Origin: Sphingomonas sp. FARSPH
GTDB lineage: Bacteria > Pseudomonadota > Alphaproteobacteria > Sphingomonadales > Sphingomonadaceae
NCBI RefSeq assembly: GCF_003355005.1
Contig: NZ_CP029987.1
Span: 13,377-53,376, forward strand
Direction of reading: 5' to 3'
DNA length: 40,000 nt
A model generated the notes under the pieces. It had not been told where the DNA came from, made no database searches, and saw only the letters and a program-made list of their open reading frames with translations. Made by a program: the position numbers and the translations under genes. Position 1 is the stretch's first letter, and each line of letters opens with the position of its first letter. Shown in pieces: positions 8,720 to 17,787 of this stretch.

Positions 8720-9838
8720 CTAACGGGCCGGGCGCGACGGAGAACCGCCGGGCGGGGGGAGGGAAGCGGAGGGTTCTGCCAGCGCGCGCGAGGCGACGCC
8801 GATGCCGAATTCGGGGCCGGCGACGCCGCGGTTGATCAGCGGAGCGAGATCGCCGTTGCGGACGTGGCCGGCGAACCACAAAGTCAGCCGGTCGCCCTCG
8901 ACCAGCGGACTGGGCGCCAGGATTTCGCCGCTGGTCCAGCGCGTGTCGCCGCGCACCAGTGCGGGCGCGGCATCCTCGCGGAAGCCGTGGGTGCCGTCGG
9001 GCGAGACCGCATGCTGGATCGCGACCTGCTGCCATTCGGGATCGGCGCCCTTGCGGACGAGGACGACGGAATAGAAGAGGTGGACGCGCCCGCCGATGAC
9101 GACCGCGGCGGGGGAACTGTAGCCGGCGAACCCCTGTGCGGCGGGATAGGCCGCGCCTTGCGTCAGCACCTGCACCGGCGCGGAGAAGTGCACGCCGTCG
9201 CCCGACGCGATCATCCCCAGACTCTGGCGCGGCGGCCCGCCGCCCAGCCGCGCCGACACCGCGGAGAAATAGACGAACAACCGGTCGCCGACGACGACCG
9301 CGCCGGGCTCGCCGACGAGGTAGCTGGTCCAATCGTCCGCCTTGCCGGTCGCCCGGAGCAACGTCCATTGCACGACGCGCCACGCGATGCCGTCGTCGGA
9401 CACCGCATGGCCGATCGCCATCGGCGTCGGATCGGGATTGGCGTAGACGCCGGTGAACAGCATGTGCCAGCGGCCGCGGAAGCGCACGACGCTGGGCGTC
9501 TCGATGCTGGCATAGGGGCTGCCCGCCGCGCTCAGCAGCGGGCGGTCGGGCGACAGGCGCCACGACCGGCCGTCGCGCGACACCGCGCGGAACGGCAGCA
9601 CCGGCGGCTTGAACGCTTCCCCCGTGCTGGTCGTCAGGTACATGACATAGCCGTCTGGGGTAGCGATCACGCTGGGGTCGTTCCACAGCCCGCGCGCGCG
9701 CAGGTCGCCCGCCTTGATGACCGGCGCGTCGCGCGACACCGTCCAGCCGGGCTGCGCGCTGAGCGCCGGCTCGGGCGCGGCGGGCGTGCAGGCGACGAGC
9801 GCGCCGATCAGCAAAGATGGCAGGAAGCGCGCGCGCAT
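8720..9838 (-). CDS. Secreted lipoprotein with a beta-propeller glycoside-hydrolase-like fold (GH43/GH32-clan-like)
   Basis: ATG at 9838 gives MRARFLPSLLIGALVAC, a lipobox LVAC. WNDPSVIATPDGYVMYLT and ETPSVVRFRGRWHMLFTG resemble the Asp and Glu blades of 5-bladed propeller hydrolases. 'DG..W' blades recur. The family assignment is tentative. Confidence 0.6.
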   Translation of the reverse strand: MRARFLPSLLIGALVACTPAAPEPALSAQPGWTVSRDAPVIKAGDLRARGLWNDPSVIATPDGYVMYLTTSTGEAFKPPVLPFRAVSRDGRSWRLSPDRPLLSAAGSPYASIETPSVVRFRGRWHMLFTGVYANPDPTPMAIGHAVSDDGIAWRVVQWTLLRATGKADDWTSYLVGEPGAVVVGDRLFVYFSAVSARLGGGPPRQSLGMIASGDGVHFSAPVQVLTQGAAYPAAQGFAGYSSPAAVVIGGRVHLFYSVVLVRKGADPEWQQVAIQHAVSPDGTHGFREDAAPALVRGDTRWTSGEILAPSPLVEGDRLTLWFAGHVRNGDLAPLINRGVAGPEFGIGVASRALAEPSASLPPPGGSPSRPAR

Positions 9839-9840
9839 CC

Positions 9841-11283
9841 TCAATAGGCCTTGTCGGTGATCGGCACGATCACGCTGCGGATGAGGATGCGCAGGTCGAG
9901 CCCGACCGACCAGCAGCGCAGGTATTCGATGTCCTGCTTGATGCGCTGGTGCATCTTGTCGAGCGTCTCGGTCTCGCCGCGCCAGCCGTTGATCTGGGCG
10001 AGGCCGGTGATGCCGGGCTTGATCTTGTGGCGCACCATGTAGCGGTGGATGACGGGGCGGAACTTCTCGTTGAGCGCGACCGGATGGGGGCGGGGGCCGA
10101 CCACCGACATGCTGCCGGCGAGGACGTTGAACAGCTGCGGCAGCTCGTCGAGCGAGGTGCGGCGCAGGATGCGGCCGATCGGCGTCACCCGGCTGTCGCC
10201 CTTCGTCGCCTGCACCGACCCGTCGTCGCGCGCGACGTACATCGAGCGGAACTTCCAGATCTGGAACGGCTTGCCGTCGAGGCCGTAGCGCGTCTGGCGA
10301 TAGAGGACGGGCCCGCGCGAGCCGAGCTTGATGAGGATCGCGCAGACCAGCATGACGGGCGCGACCAGAGGCAGGATGATCGCGGCGAGCACCAGGTCCT
10401 CGGCCCGCTTGACCGCGCCCGAATACCCTTCGAACGGGGATTCGACGATGCTGATCACCGGCTGGCCGAAGATATTGTCCCAGCGCCCGCCGATCAGGTC
10501 GAACCCCGACAGCGGCGGACAGTAATAGACGGACGCGGTGGTATCGCCGAACCGGTCGATGATCCGCTTGATCCGCTCCTCCGCCGCCATCGGCAGCGTG
10601 ATGTAGATGCGACTGACCCGCCCGGCGCGCGCGAGCGCGTAGAGCGCGTCGACATTGCCCGACAGGCCCGCGCCCGCGTCGTCAGCGCCCAGCCGGCCCG
10701 CGGCGGGATCGCGGTCGTCGAACACGCCGATCGTGCGCAGCCCCATCCACGGGTGCATCGCGAAGGTCCATTGCAGCTGTTGCGCGGTCTCGGTCGCGCC
10801 GATCAGCGCGGTGTTGCGCAGGTCGTGGCCGAAAGCGCGATAATAGCGCAGGAACAGGCGCTGCACCGCGCGGAACGCGATGATCGTCAGCAGCGCGGCG
10901 ATGTACCAGCGCGCGAACAGCGGCATCCACTGCGCTGCTGCGACTATGGTGAGATCGCCCAGCGCCATGAACACGCCGACGATCGCCATAAAACCAAGCG
11001 TCCAATAGGCGACGAGATCGAACATTTCGTAGCGCATGCGGACGATGCGCCAGGATCGATTGAAGTTGAAGAACGGCGCGACACATTCGAGTACTGCGAA
11101 ACATATCACCGCATCGACCAAGACGCTGCGGTCCGAAAACCAAGGGCGCCCTTGGTAGACGGCCACTAACATCAATGTAATTATGACGGTGTCGGTGATC
11201 CGTCCGAGGCGGACCAACGCCGCTCCGTGCTGCTGGAAGACCCCCGGTCTGCCGAAACTGTATGTTCCCTGCACGGCATTCAT
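9841..11283 (-). CDS. Undecaprenyl-phosphate hexose-1-phosphate transferase (WbaP/WcaJ-type initiating enzyme)
   Basis: I chose ATG at 11283 (MNAVQGTYSF). N-terminal TM segments are present. The C-terminal bacterial sugar-transferase domain reads KRAEDLVLAAIILPLVAPVMLVCAILIKLGSRGPVLYRQTRYGLDGKPFQIWKFRSM...SLDELPQLFNVLAGSMSVVGPRP...KPGITGLAQINGWRGE. Confidence 0.9.
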   Translation of the reverse strand: MNAVQGTYSFGRPGVFQQHGAALVRLGRITDTVIITLMLVAVYQGRPWFSDRSVLVDAVICFAVLECVAPFFNFNRSWRIVRMRYEMFDLVAYWTLGFMAIVGVFMALGDLTIVAAAQWMPLFARWYIAALLTIIAFRAVQRLFLRYYRAFGHDLRNTALIGATETAQQLQWTFAMHPWMGLRTIGVFDDRDPAAGRLGADDAGAGLSGNVDALYALARAGRVSRIYITLPMAAEERIKRIIDRFGDTTASVYYCPPLSGFDLIGGRWDNIFGQPVISIVESPFEGYSGAVKRAEDLVLAAIILPLVAPVMLVCAILIKLGSRGPVLYRQTRYGLDGKPFQIWKFRSMYVARDDGSVQATKGDSRVTPIGRILRRTSLDELPQLFNVLAGSMSVVGPRPHPVALNEKFRPVIHRYMVRHKIKPGITGLAQINGWRGETETLDKMHQRIKQDIEYLRCWSVGLDLRILIRSVIVPITDKAY

Positions 11284-11589
11284 GAACTTCGCCCCCGAAG
11301 TGCGTGACGTTAATCGTATCGCACAGAACGGTATCGTTCTATAAGAAATCCAGCATATTACACGCCAGTTACACCCTGTCCCAGCCTGGGACATGAGCCA
11401 GATATCGCAATACTTCGGGTTGCGCTCTGGTTAACGCATCAAGGTGAATGTAAATTGTATCCTGAAATGATTTTTCATTTCGGGACAGAAAGGGAGTCGG
11501 CACCCGCTTAATTGCTTGTTGAAAATTCTTCGTCAGAAGGTAGCTCATGCCTTAACCGACCGCCATCATCTGTACTGGATAGCCGTTCG
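11284..11589. promoter_or_regulatory. Divergent promoter/control region between the two operons of the high-GC locus
   Basis: This 306-nt non-coding gap is markedly AT-richer than its flanks. The first genes of the leftward (wbaP-like) and rightward operons face away from it. Confidence 0.55.
11461..11484. promoter_or_regulatory. Imperfect inverted repeat (candidate operator)
   Basis: The sequence is cctgaaatga-tttt-tcatttcggg, with 9 of 10 arm positions complementary (a perfect 7-bp gaaatga/tcatttc core). It is centred in the divergent control region. Confidence 0.35.
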
Positions 11590-12642
11590 ATGGGGATATT
11601 GTGTTCGCTCGGGTGGCATCGTCCAGGTGCCGAGATCGTCCGCAACCGTGCATATCGCTTCTCGACGTGCCCGGTGTGCGAGGCGGAGATCGTCGACCAG
11701 GGTGACGGCGTTTGGCGCTCGATCCCGCGCGGCTTCCGCGTCGTCTGGCGCCCTGTCGCCGGCGCGCGTGCCGTCTGGGAACAGCGTGACGCGGCGCGTC
11801 CGCCCCCCCCCTCGCTGTCGGCGGATCCGATGCCGCCCCGGGATGGGGCAGCGGCGCCCGATGCGGTTCCCGTGGAAGGCGTCGCCCCCCCTGCGGTTCC
11901 GCTATCCGCGCCGGTGCCCGACGCGGCGCACCGGCCCGGCATCCTCGCCAGCCTGTGGGAAAAGGCGCGATCGGTATGGCCCGCGCGGGCGGTGCCCAGC
12001 ACGCCCGCCTCGCGCAGCTATCGCTATCTCGCGCAGCAGCTGATGATCGATTTCCCCGCGGCGGACCGCGCGCCGGTCATCCTGGTCAGCGCGGCCTGCG
12101 CGCCCGCAACCGAGATCGGCGCGACGATGCTGCTCGCCGCAATGCTGCAGGACGAGGCGGGCGGGCGCCTGCTGATCGTCGATGCGACGCTGCGCGAGGG
12201 CGGGATCGGCGATGCTCTCGGCTATCCCGGTGCGCCGGGGTTCCTCGATCTGCTCGGCGGTCGCGCGGATGATCCGCTGGCGCTCGCCTGCCCGACCGGG
12301 CGCGAGCATGTCTGGATGATCCCGGCGGGGCGTGCGGGGCCGCGCGGCCACCAGAGTCCGGATGCGGCGCAGGTGTCGCGCATCTTCGACGCCTATGCCC
12401 GCGTCTACGAACACGTCCTCGTCGTGCAGCGGGCGATCACCACCGACACCCGTTACCTGCCGATCGCGCGCGAGGCGGCGGTCGTCTTGATGATGGTCGA
12501 GGAAGCGGAAAGCCGAATGGCCGACATCGATCTTTATACCGAGGCACTGGCCGCGCACGGGATCGACGACGTGCGCATCGTACTCTGCGCGCAGGACACG
12601 GCGACGCCCGCTCCGGGCCCGGCGATTCAGCATGCCGCATAA
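11590..12642 (+). CDS. BY-kinase/ParA-fold-like protein with degenerate Walker motifs (probable pseudokinase), an N-terminal Cys/His module and a Pro-rich linker
   Basis: I chose ATG at 11590 ([10 protein letters not shown]...CPVCE). The C-terminal half aligns by eye with the Wzc kinase domain in this same window. However, [17 protein letters not shown] replaces the P-loop (..GEGKST), LLIVDATLR retains Walker A', and EHVLVVQRA replaces the Walker B Asp. There is no C-terminal Tyr cluster. Confidence 0.65.
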   Translation: [350 protein letters not shown]

Positions 12643-12669
12643 CGCGCGACCGGATCACGGCCGCCGGGG

Positions 12670-14226
12670 GTGACCGCGCGGTCCCGCCAGGGCCCGGTCG
12701 CGGCCATCGTCGGCAGGGGTGCCGAGAATACGTTCGTCGTCGGCGCGGTGATCGCGGTCGCGCTCGTCGCGGCGGTGACGACGATCGGCCTGCTCGCGAC
12801 GCACAAGATGGCCGCGGTCGCCTTGCTGCTCGTGCCCGGCTTCGTCGCGCTGCTGTGGGCGTCGGGCAATCCGCGGCTCGTCGGCCTGTGGGGCCTGCTG
12901 CTCACCGCGCCGCTCAGCCTGTCCAAGAAATTCGTCCCCGTGCCGCATATGGGCGGGGCGGGTTCGTACAATATCGACGCCTGCGACGTCTTCCTGCTGC
13001 TGCTGACGCTGTTCCTCGCGCGCGACATCCTCGCCCGCCGGCGCAGGCTGCGGCTGTCGGGCGTCGCGATCGCCTGGTCGGGGCTGATCCTGCTCGGTTT
13101 CGTCAGCGTCGCGATCGGCCCGATGCGGCAGGTCGCGCTGCAGCAATGCGTCGAGATGGCCAAGGAAATGTGGCTGTTCCTGGTGCTGCTCAACGAACTG
13201 GTCCGCGTGCGCCAGTTCCTGCAGGCGTTCGCCGCGGTGGCGGCGGGCGTCGCGCTGGAGGCGCTGCTCGGCATCGCGCAATTCATCAAAAAGGGCGACA
13301 TCGGCCTCCAGAAGCTGGGCGAGGCGACGCTGCAGACGCTCGAATATGCCAATCTGGCGACCTATACCGGCGATGCCAGCACGTTCCGCATCGGCGGGCT
13401 GTTCGGCCATCCCAATCTGCTCGCCGGATTCTTCGTCATCGTCACGCCGATCGTGCTGGCGATGCTGATGACGCGCCAGCCGCCGCTGCGCCGGATGCTG
13501 CTCGCAGGCACGTTGCTGCTCGCGCTCGTCGCGCTGCTGCTGACGTTGTCGCGGTCGGGCTGGATGGCGTTCGCGATCGCCGCGCTGGTGGTGATCGGGC
13601 TGATGCTGTGGAACCCGATGTCGCGCCGCACCGCGGCGCCGGTCGCGCTGACCCTGGTCGTGGGTGCGGTGCTCGGCGCGGGCGCCGCGGCGCCCAGCAT
13701 CATCCGCCGCCTGACCGAAAGCGATTCGGGGGCGATCGACTTCCGCTGGGAATGGATGAGCGTCGCCTGGCGGATCGTGCTGGAGCATCCGGTGCTCGGC
13801 ATCGGCCTCAACAGCTTCGTCTACAACCTGCCCGGCCGCACCCAATATGGCGACGACGTCGACCTGACGCTGAAGTTCGGCGAGGTCTGGCCCGTCGTCC
13901 ATGACATCTACCTGCTGATCTGGGCCGAACAGGGGACGCTGGGCTTCGCCTGTTTCGTCGCGATGCTGCTCGTGCTGCTGCGCACCGGCTGGCGCAACGC
14001 GTGGCGCGTCACCGACCCGCAGCTGCACGCGATGAGCATCGGCTGCCTCGCCGGCGTCTGCGCCAATATCGTCGACGGCTTCGGCAGCTTCTTCCTGCGC
14101 AATCCCGCCTGCGCGCGCATCTTCTGGATCGTCGCGGCGATCATGGTCGCGATCGGATACTGGCACCGGGCGAACGCGCCGGGCGGGGCGGGGACAAAAG
14201 CCGGGGCGGGGGGGCAAGGCCGGTGA
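12670..14226 (+). CDS. wzy: O-antigen ligase/polymerase-family membrane protein (Wzy-type polymerase)
   Basis: GTG start at 12670. The protein has more than 10 predicted TM segments. Wzy_C-like LLLTLSRSGWMAFAIAALVV and HPVLGIGLNSF...HDIYLLIWAEQG blocks are present. Confidence 0.8.
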   Translation: MTARSRQGPVAAIVGRGAENTFVVGAVIAVALVAAVTTIGLLATHKMAAVALLLVPGFVALLWASGNPRLVGLWGLLLTAPLSLSKKFVPVPHMGGAGSYNIDACDVFLLLLTLFLARDILARRRRLRLSGVAIAWSGLILLGFVSVAIGPMRQVALQQCVEMAKEMWLFLVLLNELVRVRQFLQAFAAVAAGVALEALLGIAQFIKKGDIGLQKLGEATLQTLEYANLATYTGDASTFRIGGLFGHPNLLAGFFVIVTPIVLAMLMTRQPPLRRMLLAGTLLLALVALLLTLSRSGWMAFAIAALVVIGLMLWNPMSRRTAAPVALTLVVGAVLGAGAAAPSIIRRLTESDSGAIDFRWEWMSVAWRIVLEHPVLGIGLNSFVYNLPGRTQYGDDVDLTLKFGEVWPVVHDIYLLIWAEQGTLGFACFVAMLLVLLRTGWRNAWRVTDPQLHAMSIGCLAGVCANIVDGFGSFFLRNPACARIFWIVAAIMVAIGYWHRANAPGGAGTKAGAGGQGR

Positions 14227-15668
14227 ACCGCACCACCCTGTTCCACAATTCCGCCAGTCTCGTCGCCGGGCGGCTGCTGCTGTCGGTCGGGCGGCTGGGC
14301 GCGGCGGTGCTCGTCACCCGGCTCGCCGGCGTCGAGACGTTCGGCAGCTATGCATTGCTGCTCAGCCTGATCGCGCTGTTCGAATGGCTCGTCGATTTCG
14401 GCCAGACCGACATTGCCGCGCGCGACGTCGCGCAGCATCCCGCGCGAATGGCCGCCGACCTCGCCGCGCTCGCCCGTGCCAAGGCGGCGATGGCGATCCT
14501 TGCCGCAATCGCGCTGCCCGCCGGACTGGCGCTCGCCCGCTATCCGCTGCCGCTTGTCGTCGCCGGCGCGATCGGCAGCGTGTCGATCGCCTTCACCGCC
14601 GCGCTGCAACCCGCGCGGGTGCGCGTGCGGGCGCGGATGCGGATCGACCTCGATGTCGGGGCGGAGATCGTCGGCCTGGTCGCGATGCTGCCGCTGCTCG
14701 GGCTCGCCGCCTCGGCACGCATGGGACCTGCGATGCTGATCGCCACGCTCGCCGTCGCGCGTGCGGTGCAATGGGCAATGCTGTCGCGGTGGAGCCGGAC
14801 GCCCGTAGGGCCCCCCGCAGCGCGCGGCACATGGCACGACGCCCGTCGCCTCGCGCGCGCCGCGGCGCCGCTCGGCGCGGCGGGGCTGCTCGTCGTCCTC
14901 TACGACGCGCTCGCGCCGCTGATGCTGTCGAAGCTCATCGATCTGCACGCGGTCGCGCTCTATGCGGCCGCGGCGCGCTTCGTCTTTCCCGTCATCATCG
15001 TCGTCCAGGCGATCAACAACGCCTTCTTCGTCGCGCTGTCCGCCACCTGGGCGCGCGACCGCGCGCGCTTCGGCGAGATGCAGCAGACCGCGCTGACGCT
15101 GTCGGTGGGCGTCGCGGGCGTGATGTTCACCGGCATCCACGGCGCGTCCGATTTCCTGATGGGGCTGCTCGGCCGCGATTTCGTCACCGCCGCGCCGGTG
15201 CTGCGGCTGCTCGCCTGGGTGCTGCTGCTGCGCGCGGTGACCACCGCCATGTCGCCGCTGATCGTCATCGCCGGCTATCAGGGGCGGGCGCTGTGGCTGA
15301 CGCTCGGCTCGGTCGTGATGCAGGTCGCAGCATTGCTGATCCTGGTGCCGCGGCTGGGCGTCGCGGGCGCGGCGGTCAGCTACCTCCTCGTCGAACTCAC
15401 GCTGGGGACGGTCGCGGTGTCGGTGATCGGCCAGCGCGTCGCCGGCGTCCGGCTGGACTGGGGGCGCACGCTCGCCATGCTCGCGATCGCCGCCATCGTC
15501 GTCGTCGCGATCGGCGCCAGCCCGATCCGCGGCGGGTTCGCAGGCGGCGTCTGCGCGCCCATCGCCTTCCTCATCGCCTGCCTCGCCACCGGCGTGCTGT
15601 CGCCCACCCGGCTGCGGCGGATGCGGGCCGCGCTGGGCCACGTCCCCGTCCTGGAGGCCCACGCATGA
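14223..15668 (+). CDS. wzx: Polysaccharide flippase (Wzx, MOP superfamily)
   Basis: GTG at 14223 makes a GTGA overlap with the wzy stop. VNRTTLFHNSASLVAGRLLLSVGRLGAAVLVTRLAGVETFGSYALLLSL is a typical Wzx N-terminus. The rest of the protein is polytopic membrane protein throughout. Confidence 0.8.
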   Translation: MNRTTLFHNSASLVAGRLLLSVGRLGAAVLVTRLAGVETFGSYALLLSLIALFEWLVDFGQTDIAARDVAQHPARMAADLAALARAKAAMAILAAIALPAGLALARYPLPLVVAGAIGSVSIAFTAALQPARVRVRARMRIDLDVGAEIVGLVAMLPLLGLAASARMGPAMLIATLAVARAVQWAMLSRWSRTPVGPPAARGTWHDARRLARAAAPLGAAGLLVVLYDALAPLMLSKLIDLHAVALYAAAARFVFPVIIVVQAINNAFFVALSATWARDRARFGEMQQTALTLSVGVAGVMFTGIHGASDFLMGLLGRDFVTAAPVLRLLAWVLLLRAVTTAMSPLIVIAGYQGRALWLTLGSVVMQVAALLILVPRLGVAGAAVSYLLVELTLGTVAVSVIGQRVAGVRLDWGRTLAMLAIAAIVVVAIGASPIRGGFAGGVCAPIAFLIACLATGVLSPTRLRRMRAALGHVPVLEAHA

Positions 15669-16819
15669 CGACCCGCGCTCCCGGCCCCCGTATCTCGCCC
15701 CGTACCGCGCCCCGCATCGCGATCGCCTGTCCCGGCGTCGGAGTCGTGCAACGCGGCTTCGAACGGCTGTTTCGCGACCTGTTCGACGAGATGCGCGTCA
15801 GCCACGACGTCACCTTGTTCAAGGGCGGCGGGCCACGGCGCGACGACGAGATCGTGCTGCCCTTCCTGCGCCGCGGCGGCAACGCGATCCGCTGGCTGCC
15901 GATCCACCGGTTGATGCGGCGCACGCCGATGCATGCCGAATGCCTGACCTTCGCGCTGGCGATGCTGCCGCACCTGCGTGGCAACCGGTTCGACATCGTC
16001 CATGTCATCGACCCGCCGCTCGCCCGGCTATTGTTCCACCTGCGCCGAGCGCTCGGACTGCGGTTCCGCCTGTTGTACACCGAAGGCACGGCGATGCCGC
16101 CGCGCGACTATCCGCCGTGCGACCACCTCCACCAGATCTCGCGCGCGACGATGGAGGATGCCGTCGCCCGCGGCTATCCCGCCGATCGCATGTCGCTGCT
16201 GCCCTGCGGCTACCGGCCCGAACGTTTCGCGACGACGGAGACGCGCGCGGCGCTGCGCGACCGCTACGGCATCGCGCAGGACCGTTTCGTCATCCTGTCG
16301 GTCGCCGCGCTCAACCGCGGCCACAAAAGGATCGACCATCTGATCGACGAGGTCGCGGCGCTGGGCGGCGATGCCTTGCTGTGGCTCGACGGCAGCCTCG
16401 ATCACGGCGATCCCGACCTGCCCGACTATGCGCGACGCCGGCTGGGCGAGCGGGTGCGCGTCACCCACGTCCCCTCGCATGCGGTCGGCGAGCTCTATGC
16501 GATGGCCGACCTCTTCACGCACAGCGCGGGGTTCGAGGCGTTCGGCCTCGCCATCGTCGAGGCCGCCGCGGCGGGCCTGCCGGTGCTGACGCACGACGCG
16601 CCGCATTTCCGCTGGCTACTCCCCGATCCCGCCTGCTGGGTCGACATGACCGCCCCCGGCGCGCTCGCCGCGCGCCTCGCGACGATGATCGCCGATCCCG
16701 CCGCGCGCCAGGCCGCGGTGATGGCCGACTACGCGCGCGCGACCTACGACTGGGGCAATCTGCGCAGCGGATACGGCGCGCTCTACGATGCGCTCCACGC
16801 AGGGACGCTCGACCGATGA
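15665..16819 (+). CDS. Glycosyltransferase family 4
   Basis: ATG at 15665 makes an ATGA overlap with the wzx stop. The C-domain reads VILSVAALNRGHKRIDHLI...LFTHSAGFEAFGLAIVEAAAAGLPVLTHD, an E-x7-E-type motif. Confidence 0.85.
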   Translation: MTTRAPGPRISPRTAPRIAIACPGVGVVQRGFERLFRDLFDEMRVSHDVTLFKGGGPRRDDEIVLPFLRRGGNAIRWLPIHRLMRRTPMHAECLTFALAMLPHLRGNRFDIVHVIDPPLARLLFHLRRALGLRFRLLYTEGTAMPPRDYPPCDHLHQISRATMEDAVARGYPADRMSLLPCGYRPERFATTETRAALRDRYGIAQDRFVILSVAALNRGHKRIDHLIDEVAALGGDALLWLDGSLDHGDPDLPDYARRRLGERVRVTHVPSHAVGELYAMADLFTHSAGFEAFGLAIVEAAAAGLPVLTHDAPHFRWLLPDPACWVDMTAPGALAARLATMIADPAARQAAVMADYARATYDWGNLRSGYGALYDALHAGTLDR

Positions 16820-17787
16820 GCGCGCCCGTCTTAGCGATCGTCATCGTCAGCTGGAACGTGCGCGCGCTGCTGCGCGATTGCCTCGCGTCGATCCCCGCGG
16901 GCACCGCGCTGCCGACGGAGGCGTACCGGATCATCGTCGTCGACAATGGTTCGCACGACGGCAGCGCCGACATGGTCGCCCGCGATTTCCCGCACGTCGA
17001 ACTGATCCGCAGCATCGACAACCTCGGCTTCGCCGACGGCTGCCAGCGCGGCTATGACGCGACCGACGCGGACATCGTCATGCTGCTCAACCCCGACACC
17101 GTCGTCGACCCGGGCGCGATCGACAGCATGCTCGCGACGATCGCGGCCGATCCCGCGATCGGCATCCTCGGCTCGCGGCTGCGCAACAGCGACGGCAGCT
17201 TCCAGCGCGCGGCGGGCGGCGCCTTCCCCACCTTACGCAACATGGCGTGGAACTACCTGTTCCTCGACCGGCTGTGTCCCAAGCGCTGGGCGCCCGCGCC
17301 CGTCTATATCGTCGACGACACCCCCGACGTGCGCCCGATCGACTGGGTATCGGGCGCCTCGCTCACGTTTCGCCGCGCCGCGGTCGGCCCACGCATCTTC
17401 CACCCCGCCTTCTTCATGTTCGGCGAGGATATGGAGCTGTGCGACCGCGTCGCGCGCGCAGGGTGGCGGGTGATGTTCTCCGGTCGCCAGACGATCACGC
17501 ACCACCACGGCCAGAGCTTCGCGCGCCAATCGTCGGTCGAGGTGCTGGCGACGGTGTACAAGGGGCCGCGCTTCTTCTTCCGCCGCACGCACGGGCGGCT
17601 GGCGGGCGCGGCCTACGACCTCATCCTGTTCACCGGCTATCTGGTCCGCTGGATCGCGTTCGGCGTGCTGGCGCGGCTGCGTCCCGGCGCCGGCCACGAC
17701 CAGATGGCGCGCTTCAGCCGCCGCTACCTGGGCACGATGCTGCGCGCCATCGTCCCGCTGCCATCCCCTTCCGCAAGGAGAGAATGA
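16816..17787 (+). CDS. Glycosyltransferase family 2 (WbbL/rhamnosyltransferase-like subgroup)
   Basis: ATG at 16816 makes an ATGA overlap. [21 protein letters not shown]...[12 protein letters not shown]...[11 protein letters not shown]...[20 protein letters not shown] are GT2 signatures. Confidence 0.85.
   Translation: MSAPVLAIVIVSWNVRALLRDCLASIPAGTALPTEAYRIIVVDNGSHDGSADMVARDFPHVELIRSIDNLGFADGCQRGYDATDADIVMLLNPDTVVDPGAIDSMLATIAADPAIGILGSRLRNSDGSFQRAAGGAFPTLRNMAWNYLFLDRLCPKRWAPAPVYIVDDTPDVRPIDWVSGASLTFRRAAVGPRIFHPAFFMFGEDMELCDRVARAGWRVMFSGRQTITHHHGQSFARQSSVEVLATVYKGPRFFFRRTHGRLAGAAYDLILFTGYLVRWIAFGVLARLRPGAGHDQMARFSRRYLGTMLRAIVPLPSPSARRE

Noticed and set aside
8102-9847. 581-aa (+) and 521-aa (-) ORFs spanning rfbF and the lipoprotein gene; similarly 9817-11169 (+), 12655-14217 (-) and 13908-15662 (-)
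   Set aside because: Their composition is dominated by R, A, G, P, D and H, with no domains. They fully overlap genes that have strong family signatures. They are GC-driven artefacts.
10950-11400. Lower GC (53-58% in four hand-counted lines) in the 5' third of the wbaP-like gene, as a sign of a recombination mosaic
   Set aside because: The drop is modest. Other lines of the same gene range from 60 to 82%. The TM-rich, poorly conserved N-terminal domains of WbaP-type enzymes are commonly AT-shifted.
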